Below, piece after piece: positions 10,162 to 19,897 of a stretch of DNA of 64,000 bases. The stretch lies in the IMG/VR virus record IMGVR_UViG_3300011113_000287, positions 1-64,000 of that record; one strand, written 5' to 3'. The position numbers and the translations under genes were made by a program. Origin of the DNA: a virus. Positions within the stretch are counted from its first letter, which is position 1. Every line of letters begins with the position of its first letter. A model generated the notes under the pieces. It did no database searches and was not told the origin of the DNA. It saw only the letters and a program-made list of their open reading frames with translations.

Positions 10162-11681
10162 TACTTTCCTTTTTTGCTAGAGGACCCAGATTGTGAGGAA
10201 CTGCTAGTAGGAATGGGTAACGGTGCTACAAATAATACCGCAGTTGCAGCCACTACGGTTCTTCGTTGGGCTACCGAAACGGTAGAACCACTTGGAACAT
10301 AGGTATCAAAGTTTCCACTAAAAACGTCTACGTTTTCTTCAAAGGCTTCTTTTACTTCGTCTGATGCCGTTTTCAGTCCTTCAAGGATAGCAACAATTTG
10401 CTCCTCAGACAGTTCTTCCTCATCAATGGCGGCAAAGATTGCATCGGCCTGTTCCCCAGTAACTATTGATAGTACTTCTGGACTGGTGGCAAGGGCGAGT
10501 GCCTGTTCTTGCGTTGGCTCGTTTTCTAAAAGGGTTTCAACTATTTCCGTTATTTGCTCATTGTCAAGATTGTCAATAAGTTCTGCAAGTTCTTCGGTAG
10601 TTGCTGTGTCTAGTTCATCAATATCGGGTATGCTATCCAACGATGGTTTTTCTTCTTCTGTTTCCTGTGTTGGGGATGTTTCTTCTGGTGTCGTTTCTTC
10701 TTCTGGCTCTGTTTCGGGTTGAGGCGTTTCAGGCTCAGGTGTCGGCAGAGTCCCAGGGGTTGTCTCCTCTGGCTCAGCGTCTTCTGGCTCAGGAAGAGTT
10801 GTGTCAGGGGGAAGCACTTCCTCCTCAGCAGGCGCAGTAGTTGTTGTTGTTTCTTCGTCTTCTTCTTCAGGTGCCAAAACAGTGGTGCTCGTTGTTGAAG
10901 GCTCTGGAACGGTGGTCTCAGGAACAGAAGAAGTAGTAGTTACGGGCACAACGTAAACGGTTGTTGTAGTCGTTGTTTGAGTAGGTACAAACACCGTAGT
11001 GGTGGTTGTTGTCGTGCTAGTTGTGGTTGTTGAACTGCTTGACGTCGTAGTAGATGGATTTTCTACCTGAGTTGTAGTCGTTGCGATTGTGGTCGTGACA
11101 TCCACAGTCGTACTGGTGGCAGGGACAGTCGTTGTTTGAGCAATGGTAGTAGGCGTCGTCGTTGGGACTGTGGTAGTTTCCTGCCATATCGTCGTTGTCG
11201 TACTTTCTACCGTTGTCGTTGTTGGGATAGTTGTAGTGCTAGGCGGGCTTGTCGTCGTACTCGGCGGTTCTGTCGTCGTAGTCGGAGTAGTTGTAGTAGG
11301 TGCATTGGTTGGCTCCAAGTTGGCGTCAATTATGTACGAAGAACCATACCACGCATCTGGGTTTCCACAACATACCCCAGCACGAAGTTTGTAAGTCCCT
11401 GGTTGTAAGTTTTGTGAGATAAACGAATCTAAACCAAAATAGTCGTCATTTGCAGCAATTAAAGTATTTGTTGGGCTGTACAACCACAACATTGAATCAA
11501 TCCTAAACTCTTGTGCGTAAGTGCGGATAGTCAACGTTTGTTCAGTTGTAATTTCAAAATAAAAATCACGATTGTTTTGAGTTGCTGTGTATGTGGCAGC
11601 CGTCACAGTGCCTGGAGCAAACCAACTGAATACGGCAACAATCCAAAATATCCATGCGCCTTTATGACGAGCACGACGCAT
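10161..11681 (-). CDS. Exported, membrane-anchored protein with PPC-like domain and Thr/Pro-rich mucin-like stalk
   Basis: N-terminal signal-like helix, DSMLWLY...ANDD..GLDS..L.PGTY, long Thr tracts, acidic stretch, C-terminal hydrophobic segment. Confidence 0.75.
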   Translation of the reverse strand: MRRARHKGAWIFWIVAVFSWFAPGTVTAATYTATQNNRDFYFEITTEQTLTIRTYAQEFRIDSMLWLYSPTNTLIAANDDYFGLDSFISQNLQPGTYKLRAGVCCGNPDAWYGSSYIIDANLEPTNAPTTTTPTTTTEPPSTTTSPPSTTTIPTTTTVESTTTTIWQETTTVPTTTPTTIAQTTTVPATSTTVDVTTTIATTTTQVENPSTTTSSSSTTTTSTTTTTTTVFVPTQTTTTTTVYVVPVTTTSSVPETTVPEPSTTSTTVLAPEEEDEETTTTTAPAEEEVLPPDTTLPEPEDAEPEETTPGTLPTPEPETPQPETEPEEETTPEETSPTQETEEEKPSLDSIPDIDELDTATTEELAELIDNLDNEQITEIVETLLENEPTQEQALALATSPEVLSIVTGEQADAIFAAIDEEELSEEQIVAILEGLKTASDEVKEAFEENVDVFSGNFDTYVPSGSTVSVAQRRTVVAATAVLFVAPLPIPTSSSSQSGSSSKKGK

Positions 11682-11762
11682 ACGGCTACAGACCAACAAC
11701 GGGTGACCCGCAGGCCACCCGCTTGGCGAGAAAACTCAGGATACAGTATAACATAACTCTAG

Positions 11763-12254
11763 TTACCCGTAGTGTTCGTTGTATTCGTCCCCGTGTTCAG
11801 TAACCCAGTTGTGCAAATCTTGATGAACGGTTTCTGGCGAAGGCCACTCTTCTGAAGTCATTGGGCTAAAAATACCGTGTTTACTATGGTCAACATAAGA
11901 AACCATGTCTACGGGACCAGCAGTAGGGTGATAAATGTCCATGCTTGCCCCACGGTGAATTCCGTAATAGCCTGACGGGTGAGAAACCCGATAATGGTAA
12001 CCCTCTGTCAAATCTTCGTTAATGTCCAATTTTCCAGGACCTTCTGAATATTTACGAGCAAAAGCCTCCTCAGTTCTGTTCTTCTCAGTTAAAAACATGT
12101 GTTCAGAATCGTGAAACCCCTCGGCTTGGGCAAGGCTGTTTAAAAGTTGTTCAGCCATCGCTTCCCCACGCTCACGTGCAGCGGCCCGCCGTATTCTTTC
12201 GTTTGCGATACGTTCGTTATTGTGACCAGAATCAAAATGTTCATTCCTGCTCAT
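11763..12254 (-). CDS. Hypothetical acidic protein
   Basis: 163-aa ORF. Confidence 0.65.
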   Translation of the reverse strand: MSRNEHFDSGHNNERIANERIRRAAARERGEAMAEQLLNSLAQAEGFHDSEHMFLTEKNRTEEAFARKYSEGPGKLDINEDLTEGYHYRVSHPSGYYGIHRGASMDIYHPTAGPVDMVSYVDHSKHGIFSPMTSEEWPSPETVHQDLHNWVTEHGDEYNEHYG

Positions 12255-12585
12255 TGTTGTTACCTTGTTGTCTTTGCATACGTCGTTGAAATTGTTTTAA
12301 ACTTTCGTTTTTTCGGGGAAAGTCCATTCCAACGCTTCTGTGTGCTTTACGCATCTCTCCTTCAAAATTGTTGGCGCCACGACCACCACCGCTAGTACCA
12401 GCCGCATTTACAATCCCGTCATCTTTAATATATATCTGAACGTGTCCTTTAGATGTCTGTCTAGCAATCATTGGGTGACCGCCAGAAATGGCTCTCTGTA
12501 AAATCTCACGAAAATCCTTATCTTGGAAAACACCATGCGCTGATTTTTCAGTAAGTTTATGCTGGTCCCAGTTAATATTATCCAT
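12241..12585 (-). CDS. HicA-like fold protein with N-terminal tag (MDNINWDQH)
   Basis: TSKGHVQI...AGTSGGGRGANNFEGEMRK resembles phage HicA-like proteins. Confidence 0.5.
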   Translation of the reverse strand: MDNINWDQHKLTEKSAHGVFQDKDFREILQRAISGGHPMIARQTSKGHVQIYIKDDGIVNAAGTSGGGRGANNFEGEMRKAHRSVGMDFPRKNESLKQFQRRMQRQQGNNNEQE

Positions 12586-12593
12586 TCCACCCA

Positions 12594-12755
12594 TTAGTAA
12601 ACTCCTTCGCAACAAGCATCACGGTTTCCACAGTCTGGGCAACGATAATGAGCATGTTCTTGGCGCATTTGCGCCCCGCAATGAATGCATTGCGTAGACA
12701 TATCGGCAATATCAATTTTGCAACATATATCTGTGCGTTCAACTTCAATAGACAT
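12594..12755 (-). CDS. Small Zn-finger protein
   Basis: CIHC...CPDC, DACCEG. Confidence 0.6.
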   Translation of the reverse strand: MSIEVERTDICCKIDIADMSTQCIHCGAQMRQEHAHYRCPDCGNRDACCEGVY

Positions 12756-12913
12756 CACGGACCAACTCTCATTGTTACTTCCCATGCCCCGTTGCCAACT
12801 TTGTCTACTTTTACAAGGTACATTGATTTAAACCCCTGGGCAGCGGCCTGCTGCTTGGCTATGGCAATGGCGTCAGCCATTGACTGAGTAAACACGGGAA
12901 ACTTAACAACCAT
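12755..12913 (-). CDS. Hypothetical 52-aa protein
   Basis: MVVKFPVFTQS...; divergent from the PhyH gene. Confidence 0.5.
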   Translation of the reverse strand: MVVKFPVFTQSMADAIAIAKQQAAAQGFKSMYLVKVDKVGNGAWEVTMRVGP

Positions 12914-12931
12914 TATACTTAATTCTACACC

Positions 12932-13708
12932 ATGAACACCACATTGAACGACCTCACAATTGCCGCACCAGCACCAAGCAAGGCCGATTGGAATGATGAT
13001 GGCTTTGTCATCAAGAAAAAGTTTATTCCCGAAGATTTGATGGAAGCCTATGAAGAATGTTGGCTTCGTAACAACATAACTAGACCACGTGGATGGGATT
13101 ATTGCACCCCATACAGAGACCATAAAGAAGTGCTTGACATCCTTTCATACAAGGGATTACACGACACGATGGAAGAGTTGATTGGAGAACCTGCTGGTGT
13201 CCATCTCAACCTTACTGGGTGGGTGACGACTACACGTGACTGGCATCAGGATACATACTTAAATCCTCCGCACGTAGGCGATTACTACGTGGCGGTGTGG
13301 ATTGCGTTGGAGACTATTCACCCAGACTCTGGCCCATTTCAAATGATTCCTGGTTCGCATCGTTGGCCCGTTGTCACGCAGGATAAGATTCTTGCCGCAC
13401 TTGAACCACACGAGCGAAACCATCTCTGGCCTACGCACAGCGAGCGAATCTTGACACCGTTATTTACAGAAGAGATTGCAAAAAGGAATGCTAAAATTTG
13501 TACGCACCTACCAGAACGTGGAGACGTTCTATTTTGGCATGGACGACTGCTTCACCGTGGCTCTCTCGCCAATGTTCCCGACAAACGACGCAAATCGTTA
13601 ATTGCCCACTATTCAGGAATAAATCACCGACAGGATATGCCGCCTGCAAGAAAATACAAAAACGGTTGGTACTTTCCTGTTGATGACGGCAACAAAAGCC
13701 TGATGTAA
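12932..13708 (+). CDS. PhyH-family 2OG-Fe(II) dioxygenase
   Basis: WHQD (HxD), VWIALE...GPF..IPGSH, GDVLFWHGRLLHRG. Confidence 0.9.
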   Translation: MNTTLNDLTIAAPAPSKADWNDDGFVIKKKFIPEDLMEAYEECWLRNNITRPRGWDYCTPYRDHKEVLDILSYKGLHDTMEELIGEPAGVHLNLTGWVTTTRDWHQDTYLNPPHVGDYYVAVWIALETIHPDSGPFQMIPGSHRWPVVTQDKILAALEPHERNHLWPTHSERILTPLFTEEIAKRNAKICTHLPERGDVLFWHGRLLHRGSLANVPDKRRKSLIAHYSGINHRQDMPPARKYKNGWYFPVDDGNKSLM

Positions 13709-13709
13709 A

Positions 13710-14195
13710 TTACTTCTTTTTGTTAGGGTCTTTCCACTCAGTGTCGGAAGGAAGGTTCCTGTTTTTGGAAACCGTTTGCGACAAATTGACAAGTCCCTTG
13801 ACGTAATCTTCACTGGAGCGACCACCGCCAGTTGCTTCTTGGCGCTTGCCCTCACGCTTGTAGCGTTTGTCTGCCGCTTCTGCGCCACCAGTCAACTGTT
13901 CAATCAATGCCGACATCTGTGTGGCATCGGGGTTTAACTCCACTGGAAGATTGGCTGGCAATCCTAACAACGACAAGCCTTCGTTGCGAAGCGCCACATC
14001 CTCCATGCGTTCGCTGAACTTACCTTTGTCCCAATCAAACGACGCCATCAACGCAAACAACCCACGGTGGTAATTGACAGGGTTTTGGGTTTGACGCCCA
14101 ACCTCACGTGTGATGCCAGATGTTCCCTGCATCGCACCAGTAGACGCCGCATTTTGAGCGTCAAAATTAGATTCGTCACCTTGCTTGTCAGCCAT
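13710..14195 (-). CDS. Hypothetical protein
   Basis: 161 aa; leaderless -10 TAAACT 6 nt upstream of ATG. Confidence 0.65.
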   Translation of the reverse strand: MADKQGDESNFDAQNAASTGAMQGTSGITREVGRQTQNPVNYHRGLFALMASFDWDKGKFSERMEDVALRNEGLSLLGLPANLPVELNPDATQMSALIEQLTGGAEAADKRYKREGKRQEATGGGRSSEDYVKGLVNLSQTVSKNRNLPSDTEWKDPNKKK

Positions 14196-14209
14196 AGTTC
14201 TAGTTTACC

Positions 14210-14824
14210 TCATGCCGTAGTGTCTGTAATAATTGTATCAAATTGTGGCTTTTGGTCAAAATCTTCTGGATACCAGTATTGAGTATTGACTTTGTACCGT
14301 GGGCGGTCTCCCCACTTAGGCATACCCACGGTAAACGAGGGGTCATGTACCAACATGCGATTTCCAGGAAGCGTTGCTAGATGCCCACACTCAAGCCAAA
14401 TAAAATTAAAGTGTTTGTGTTGGTCGGGTGTGCGTGAATAAGTATCATCGTAAGGTGCAGCAGTAAACCAGTAATGTCCTTTTTCCCAAGAACCCTTTAG
14501 GTACGCCCTGACTGATAGTTCGGACAAAGCGCCAAACTCCTCAACTCCAAAGTCCTGACCGTAGCATGACCAAACTTGAAGTTCCCCAAGTTGATGGTTG
14601 TGAGAACTTTTACCGTCCTTGAGAAACGCATGTACGGGCAAATGTTGAACAAGTGCCCCATTGGACAACAACGCCGAAATACCCCACGCTCTGTTTGGCA
14701 GGGCAGAAAGACCGTAAAGCAGGGCTGGCGTTACTTCACCATGTCCTTCTTGCATGTCGTACAGAAATTCGTTTTTAACATACGCATACATTGGACGAGG
14801 GATACTCGCAATGTGATTAGGCAT
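14210..14824 (-). CDS. Hypothetical phage protein
   Basis: 204 aa, translationally coupled. Confidence 0.7.
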   Translation of the reverse strand: MPNHIASIPRPMYAYVKNEFLYDMQEGHGEVTPALLYGLSALPNRAWGISALLSNGALVQHLPVHAFLKDGKSSHNHQLGELQVWSCYGQDFGVEEFGALSELSVRAYLKGSWEKGHYWFTAAPYDDTYSRTPDQHKHFNFIWLECGHLATLPGNRMLVHDPSFTVGMPKWGDRPRYKVNTQYWYPEDFDQKPQFDTIITDTTA

Positions 14825-15321
14825 TATTTTGGTCGGTAAATATCCCTAGGGTCTTCTGCATCTGGGTCAATGGTAAACTCACCCTCAGCAAAAAGGTCTA
14901 ACTGTTGCCCTGCTTCGTGCATTCTTTTTGCACCACGTCGTAGACGGTCCATTGCTGCCTGTTTGAATTGGTCGTGGGCTAACTGTTCTTCAACCCGTCG
15001 TTTTTCTTGCTCTTTGGGTGTTCGGTGAGACATGGGAAGTAATCCCATAGAACGTGCTGCGTACGGAGAATACACGTTGATTGTTGTTTCGTCTGCTGAT
15101 GAATCATCTACAACAACGTGTGTGCCGTGCCGCCTTCCTGCTTCAGTTGCAAAATGATGGAGGCGGTTTTCTAGTTCGTCTTCCCAACCCTGTGGATTTT
15201 GCTTTACCAAATCTTGCTGTACATCATTAAAATGAGAAATATACGTTCCAAGAGCGTCTGTTCCATGAAACTCATCGTTAGGGTCTTGCTCAGTGTGTAC
15301 CTTAAGTTTTATGTCTTTCAT
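14824..15321 (-). CDS. Hypothetical protein with QLDLF clamp-binding-like motif
   Basis: GQQLDLFAE near the C-terminus; internal LAHDQF. Confidence 0.65.
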   Translation of the reverse strand: MKDIKLKVHTEQDPNDEFHGTDALGTYISHFNDVQQDLVKQNPQGWEDELENRLHHFATEAGRRHGTHVVVDDSSADETTINVYSPYAARSMGLLPMSHRTPKEQEKRRVEEQLAHDQFKQAAMDRLRRGAKRMHEAGQQLDLFAEGEFTIDPDAEDPRDIYRPK

Positions 15322-15512
15322 CAGTCTGGTCCTGTCAGTCCTTTAGGATAATGTTGAGCCTGGTATTTAATAACTCTTTCACCTTTTGAATTGACCCCGT
15401 ACACGGTGGTGATAAACGCTTTGCGGTCTTCTGACCAATGCGTAATTTTGTCTGTAATGTACGGATTGTACGGGTCTCCTTGATGTCGGTTAATGTGTTC
15501 TGCGGCTGGCAT
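15321..15512 (-). CDS. Tagged small protein (MPAAEHINRHQ)
   Basis: Coupled to both neighbours. Confidence 0.65.
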   Translation of the reverse strand: MPAAEHINRHQGDPYNPYITDKITHWSEDRKAFITTVYGVNSKGERVIKYQAQHYPKGLTGPD

Positions 15513-15673
15513 CAATCGTCCCAATCATCCAGCATGTACCAAATCTTAGTAAAGTCAGGATTTTCAGGAACAAACACAAAGTCAAGCGGTTCCAAATCAG
15601 GGTCCATCAACTCATTTTTTAAGTGTTGAATGGGGTCTGGTTGGCTAAATTGATTGGCGTTAATGTATGCCAT
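15512..15673 (-). CDS. Tagged 53-aa acidic protein (MAYINANQF; not in the ORF track)
   Basis: Manual translation; fills the gap exactly with 1-nt overlaps at both ends. Confidence 0.65.
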   Translation of the reverse strand: MAYINANQFSQPDPIQHLKNELMDPDLEPLDFVFVPENPDFTKIWYMLDDWDD

Positions 15674-16032
15674 TATTTTTCTTTCATTGGTTCAATGTGC
15701 CGAGTGATGTAAGAAGCAGGTATATCCTGCGAGGAGTATGTGTCCATTCCGTAACTGCTTTGTATCCAATCTGTTGGAATACTTGTTTCAATAATATGTT
15801 TTCCATCTTTATGAGCATTTTTAAGTTCAAAAAGGCTAGTTGTTCCATAGGCACCCCATGGTCTTACTTGAGTCGCTTTTTCTTCGGGTGTTTCTGAGAC
15901 TCCCGTAGGATTGGCAGAAATACCATTTTTCATTAAGTCTTTAACCATTTTCTTTGTCCCAACAATAAAGTAATACTTTTCAAATTGTTCTGGGTGCAGA
16001 GGTTTTTCGTTCCCACTGTTTTGGTCAGACAT
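15673..16032 (-). CDS. Tagged protein (PLHPEQF), possible degenerate ART-fold
   Basis: VGT..MVKDLMKNGI...YSSQDIPASYI resembles the ART/Tpt1-like pattern but lacks the catalytic His. Confidence 0.5.
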   Translation of the reverse strand: MSDQNSGNEKPLHPEQFEKYYFIVGTKKMVKDLMKNGISANPTGVSETPEEKATQVRPWGAYGTTSLFELKNAHKDGKHIIETSIPTDWIQSSYGMDTYSSQDIPASYITRHIEPMKEK

Positions 16033-16079
16033 GGCAGTCAAGTATACACTATGCGTTATTGATGTAAAATAGTAAGAGC

Positions 16080-16811
16080 ATGGCTCGTTATTTTGGAAAC
16101 ATTGAAGCACAACGCCCTGGTGGTGAGGCTGACCAGACAGCACATTACCTTACTGGGGGCAACAGCAAGAACGTATTTGACCCACGAAAAGACCCTGGTA
16201 GCAGATACATACACATGACTGCCATTGGTAAGGAAAGTGAACAGTATCCAGGCGACTACGAAAGCGCCACGATAGGCGGTGTGTATTATCCAGAGGATTA
16301 CACTTTGGGACCATCGCACGATACTCCAGACGAAACGGGGACGCTGTTTACGCACCATCCTCCCACGATTTACATTAACGAAGCATTTGCCCATCCAAAC
16401 CTTCGTCACACGGTCCCCATCATGTTTTCCCACATGCACAGGCATTTGGGCGGGCAATTTGAACCAGACGAGATGCTTTCTGACTACAGTGTAGATTTGT
16501 ACCACAAAGCCAAAAAACTTGGATTACCAGTTCGCACTCCAAAATGGGCTGAAGACGACGACGACGAAGTTGGCGCTACTTTTCACTATGACTACGACCC
16601 AGACAACATAGACGCCGACCACATGCTCACTACAATTCCAGACACAGGTGACGATTCATGGACCAAAGAAATACCAGCACCTGAAATAGAAAAATCAAAG
16701 CAACATTACCGCAATTTACGGCGAACGGCACGTGACGAACAAATGCGTAATGTCCTCAATCCAAATCCGTATTTTGGTCCACAGTTTGAACAATTACAAT
16801 TTGATATCTAA
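16080..16811 (+). CDS. Hypothetical protein, possible GNAT-like fold, C-terminal FGPQF
   Basis: INEAFAHPNLR...LSDYS; -10 TAAAAT upstream. Confidence 0.55.
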   Translation: MARYFGNIEAQRPGGEADQTAHYLTGGNSKNVFDPRKDPGSRYIHMTAIGKESEQYPGDYESATIGGVYYPEDYTLGPSHDTPDETGTLFTHHPPTIYINEAFAHPNLRHTVPIMFSHMHRHLGGQFEPDEMLSDYSVDLYHKAKKLGLPVRTPKWAEDDDDEVGATFHYDYDPDNIDADHMLTTIPDTGDDSWTKEIPAPEIEKSKQHYRNLRRTARDEQMRNVLNPNPYFGPQFEQLQFDI

Positions 16812-17359
16812 TGAGCGCAGCCGACCACATCAACGAGGCGCAGAAATTGCGTGTATTTCACATGTCATGGCAAGAACAGCCTCCGCACTTGTTTAGGGAA
16901 GGAAGAGACAGCGAGGGAAGAGAAGGGGACGACGACAACGTGCATCCTGACGTAATTCACGCAGGAACACGTCGCTCGGCTTTGGGTATTCACCGAACGC
17001 AATTACATGAGTATGAAATTGACCCAGACGTAGTAGACCCAGTAGTTTATGGTGATGTGCAGTATCTAATGGACGCTCAAGAACGAATTCCAGATAGGTG
17101 GCAGTCCAAAGAGTTCACTAAGAAAATGAGCGGAAAACAGCAAGGACTGTGGGAAACTATTCCAGGTAAGCCGTCCGACGCAGTAAATCGCAACGTCGTT
17201 CTACCGTACCGAAACTACGCAGAAGATGTTGGAAGCATTTCGTACATGATTCCAAAGTCACTCATTGAGCAGGGAAAAGTAAGACACGTTGGAGTGGTAG
17301 ATGTGAGCAAAGGTGGTATTCGTAGGACACTTGAACAAAAAGAAGGAATGTACCGTTAA
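16811..17359 (+). CDS. Tagged protein (MSAADHINEAQ), ART-like
   Basis: VFH...IHAGT..SA...PYRN..ED.GSISY pattern. Confidence 0.5.
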   Translation: MSAADHINEAQKLRVFHMSWQEQPPHLFREGRDSEGREGDDDNVHPDVIHAGTRRSALGIHRTQLHEYEIDPDVVDPVVYGDVQYLMDAQERIPDRWQSKEFTKKMSGKQQGLWETIPGKPSDAVNRNVVLPYRNYAEDVGSISYMIPKSLIEQGKVRHVGVVDVSKGGIRRTLEQKEGMYR

Positions 17360-17372
17360 TACTTATTGAGTA

Positions 17373-18065
17373 TTAGTCATCCTCACCATCTGGTCCAGAT
17401 GTGTCGTTTGGATACTTGTCTTTCCAAGACCACGGGGTCAACGCTTCTGTAGCAATGTCGTATTGGTACAAATCAAAACCTGTGTTTCCCTGTGAAGAAT
17501 TGCGTTTAAAAAGTCCTACTGTTATTTTGCTAGGATGTGTTATGAGAGAAGACCTTCTGTTTTGTTGATGCTCTCTGTGCTCTTGAACGGACATGTCATT
17601 ATAACTTTCGTGCTTGTTGTGAGACCAACCATGTGTTGGTTCCGACGCCCACTCTTTCATGCTTTCATGCAAAGCCTGTTGCTCACGAGGACGAAAATAT
17701 ATACCATTTGAATCGTTTACATCGTGTATTTCTTGTCCTTTATGGGGCATCCATCCATAACGACCCCACGCATCAGAATCAGAAGTGTCTATAACTGGTT
17801 TTTTAAGGTAATGTTCCAAATGTGTGCCATTTTCACCAACCGCAGACCACCCGCCTACTATCAAACCGTTTTCAAGAGGCACTATATGATGTGCATTGAA
17901 ACTTTTAGAAATGTCGCCAAATGCAGTTTCTCTGAGAAATAAACCTTTTTCTATTGCTGGGTATGCTTTATCAAAGATAACGACACCCCTTGGGTGCGTA
18001 AGGTCAACACCTCTTTGTTTGTACGTTCGCAACGTTTCTTGGACGCCTTTAAAAAGTTCAGACAC
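17373..18065 (-). CDS. Hypothetical protein
   Basis: Likely GTG start just after the methyltransferase stop. Confidence 0.6.
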   Translation of the reverse strand: MSELFKGVQETLRTYKQRGVDLTHPRGVVIFDKAYPAIEKGLFLRETAFGDISKSFNAHHIVPLENGLIVGGWSAVGENGTHLEHYLKKPVIDTSDSDAWGRYGWMPHKGQEIHDVNDSNGIYFRPREQQALHESMKEWASEPTHGWSHNKHESYNDMSVQEHREHQQNRRSSLITHPSKITVGLFKRNSSQGNTGFDLYQYDIATEALTPWSWKDKYPNDTSGPDGEDD

Positions 18066-18066
18066 G

Positions 18067-18618
18067 TTAAACCCGTTCTGCGTAGATATCAACGTTCAAA
18101 AAGGCGTCAGCGACTGGGTTCCACACGGTGACTTCCTTTGGAGGAATAATACTGCACGGGAATTTGAACGAGGCTTTTTGACTCTTCCATTCTGGTTCGT
18201 CAAACAAGCCCTTCAAACCCTCATCAGTCCATCGGCAATAGTCGGACGGATAACCGTGGACGGGGAAAGTGTGGTGTGTCGCCACGTACAGAATTCCACC
18301 TGGCTTCAGCACACGGTGGGCTGCGGCAGCCGCAATCCACGGCTTACGCAAATGCTCCCAAACGCTCACGGCAATGAACGCATCAAACTCTTGGTCGGCA
18401 AACGGCGCCAAATTGTGGGCATCGGCAACTACGTGCACGTCTGCTCCAGCAGCCACATCGGACATGACGTGTGTAGCGCCCTGCGGAAGCCAAACACCGT
18501 GATGAGTTGATACACCAGGTTTCCATTGCAACGTGCCAAGTTCCAAAACTTTGGGGTTTCTAAGTTGCGATAATTTGTGTACGAAGAGTTCTTGCACTCC
18601 TCCGTCTGTGTCATACAT
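18067..18618 (-). CDS. Class I SAM-dependent methyltransferase
   Basis: KVLELG, DAHNL..F..FD, VWEH, VLKPGG.L, HGYP.DY.RWT. Confidence 0.9.
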   Translation of the reverse strand: MYDTDGGVQELFVHKLSQLRNPKVLELGTLQWKPGVSTHHGVWLPQGATHVMSDVAAGADVHVVADAHNLAPFADQEFDAFIAVSVWEHLRKPWIAAAAAHRVLKPGGILYVATHHTFPVHGYPSDYCRWTDEGLKGLFDEPEWKSQKASFKFPCSIIPPKEVTVWNPVADAFLNVDIYAERV

Positions 18619-18620
18619 GT

Positions 18621-18941
18621 TTATTCAACCTGTCTCAAAAAATATGGCGGTAAATCGTGACCTAACACTTCCCCATTCTCTGACCATTTCCAGTCAGCAG
18701 AATCGGGCAAATCGGCAGCAAATACGGCAGGACCGTATTCCCTTGCTCCTTCTAGTGTAGTTGCAAAATACACACCGTGCGGATGACCAGGTTCAGGGTT
18801 ATTTTCGTTTACGTGCTCGTATCCGTACTCTCCTGCACCAGGAGTGCTGGCTTTTAGTCCCTCTTTAAGGATACTTTCAACGTTGCTATCGTCCGTTCCG
18901 TGATAGTACGTGCGGAATTGGATACGGTTCAGTTTATCCAT
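18621..18941 (-). CDS. ADP-ribosyltransferase-fold protein with tag (MDKLNRIQF)
   Basis: YYHGT...ESILKEGL...GVYFATT...A.EY: H-Y pattern of ART/PARP/Tpt1-like domains. Confidence 0.7.
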   Translation of the reverse strand: MDKLNRIQFRTYYHGTDDSNVESILKEGLKASTPGAGEYGYEHVNENNPEPGHPHGVYFATTLEGAREYGPAVFAADLPDSADWKWSENGEVLGHDLPPYFLRQVE

Positions 18942-19477
18942 TATCGCAGTGTAATCTGTTCTTCGTCGGCAATCCACACAGGAATGAGTTGATTGGTCCT
19001 CATTGCAGCGTACGCACGGTGGTGACCATCAATCAGCAAGTGCCTTGGTGCTGAAACGATTCCTCCCCGCTCGTTTCGTTTCCAGTCGTTTTTGTCAATA
19101 TCAACCAACGACGTGTCTTGCTGATGCTTGGAGATAATCACAGGAGTGCTGACGCCATGTTCTCCCACGGATTTGACTAAATCGTCAATGTCGTACTCCA
19201 CGTTTCCGACAAACCTCTTTTGGGCTTCACGAAGTTGCGGGTTCTTTTCAAAAATAGGATTGTTTTCTTCATGGGCAAGGTAGCGCCAATCATGAACGTA
19301 CTCGCCAGGAGCCACTGATTCAATGAATTGGTCGGGGTGCAGCCATCCTTTTGCCCTAACCCGCATTCGGTCACCCTGCCTCCACACTGGTACGGTTTGG
19401 GCACGACCAGTCCCCATTGCACGGTGAAACCTCTCTATTTCCGCAGGATTAAAATTAGTAAGTTTGCGACGAGGCAT
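18941..19477 (-). CDS. ParB/Srx-like domain protein
   Basis: LVKSVGEHGVSTPVII...LLIDGHHRAYAA; internal LHPDQF. Confidence 0.75.
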   Translation of the reverse strand: MPRRKLTNFNPAEIERFHRAMGTGRAQTVPVWRQGDRMRVRAKGWLHPDQFIESVAPGEYVHDWRYLAHEENNPIFEKNPQLREAQKRFVGNVEYDIDDLVKSVGEHGVSTPVIISKHQQDTSLVDIDKNDWKRNERGGIVSAPRHLLIDGHHRAYAAMRTNQLIPVWIADEEQITLR

Positions 19478-19824
19478 CAGTCAATTCCAGGGCCGAAATC
19501 AACGCCACGAACGGGTTTGGGTGCTCCCTTTTTGAACGTGTAACGCTTACTGAAGCCCATGTCCATACCATGATGCTGCTGGACAATATCCTGAAGAATC
19601 TGCATGTCTTCAGAGGCACCCGCATACTCGCCAGGGTGACGCTGGGAAATGTGCCATGCACGTGTCATGGGATGGTTGAAATCGGCGTTGCAACCACGAA
19701 CCGAGCATCTTAACATGTTGATACTGTAACTGGTTCTCCCGTCTTCGTGAACCACGGGCGGGTCGGTCGGGTCACTGTCGGGATGGGGCGTGTCTTTGAA
19801 CTGGTCACCAGAAGGGAAGGGCAT
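19477..19824 (-). CDS. Tagged C2H2 Zn-finger-like protein (MPFPSGDQF)
   Basis: CSVRGC...F.......HISQRH; leaderless TACAAT. Confidence 0.55.
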   Translation of the reverse strand: MPFPSGDQFKDTPHPDSDPTDPPVVHEDGRTSYSINMLRCSVRGCNADFNHPMTRAWHISQRHPGEYAGASEDMQILQDIVQQHHGMDMGFSKRYTFKKGAPKPVRGVDFGPGID

Positions 19825-19897
19825 TCCTCTATTGTACAATAGTAGGCATGGCTGCAAATGACCGTTACCGCATCATGAAAGAACTTGGATACGACTA

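Noticed and set aside
4233-11300. CCG/CCA and GTT/GTC triplet runs as DNA repeat elements
   Set aside because: Explained by poly-Gly and poly-Thr coding.
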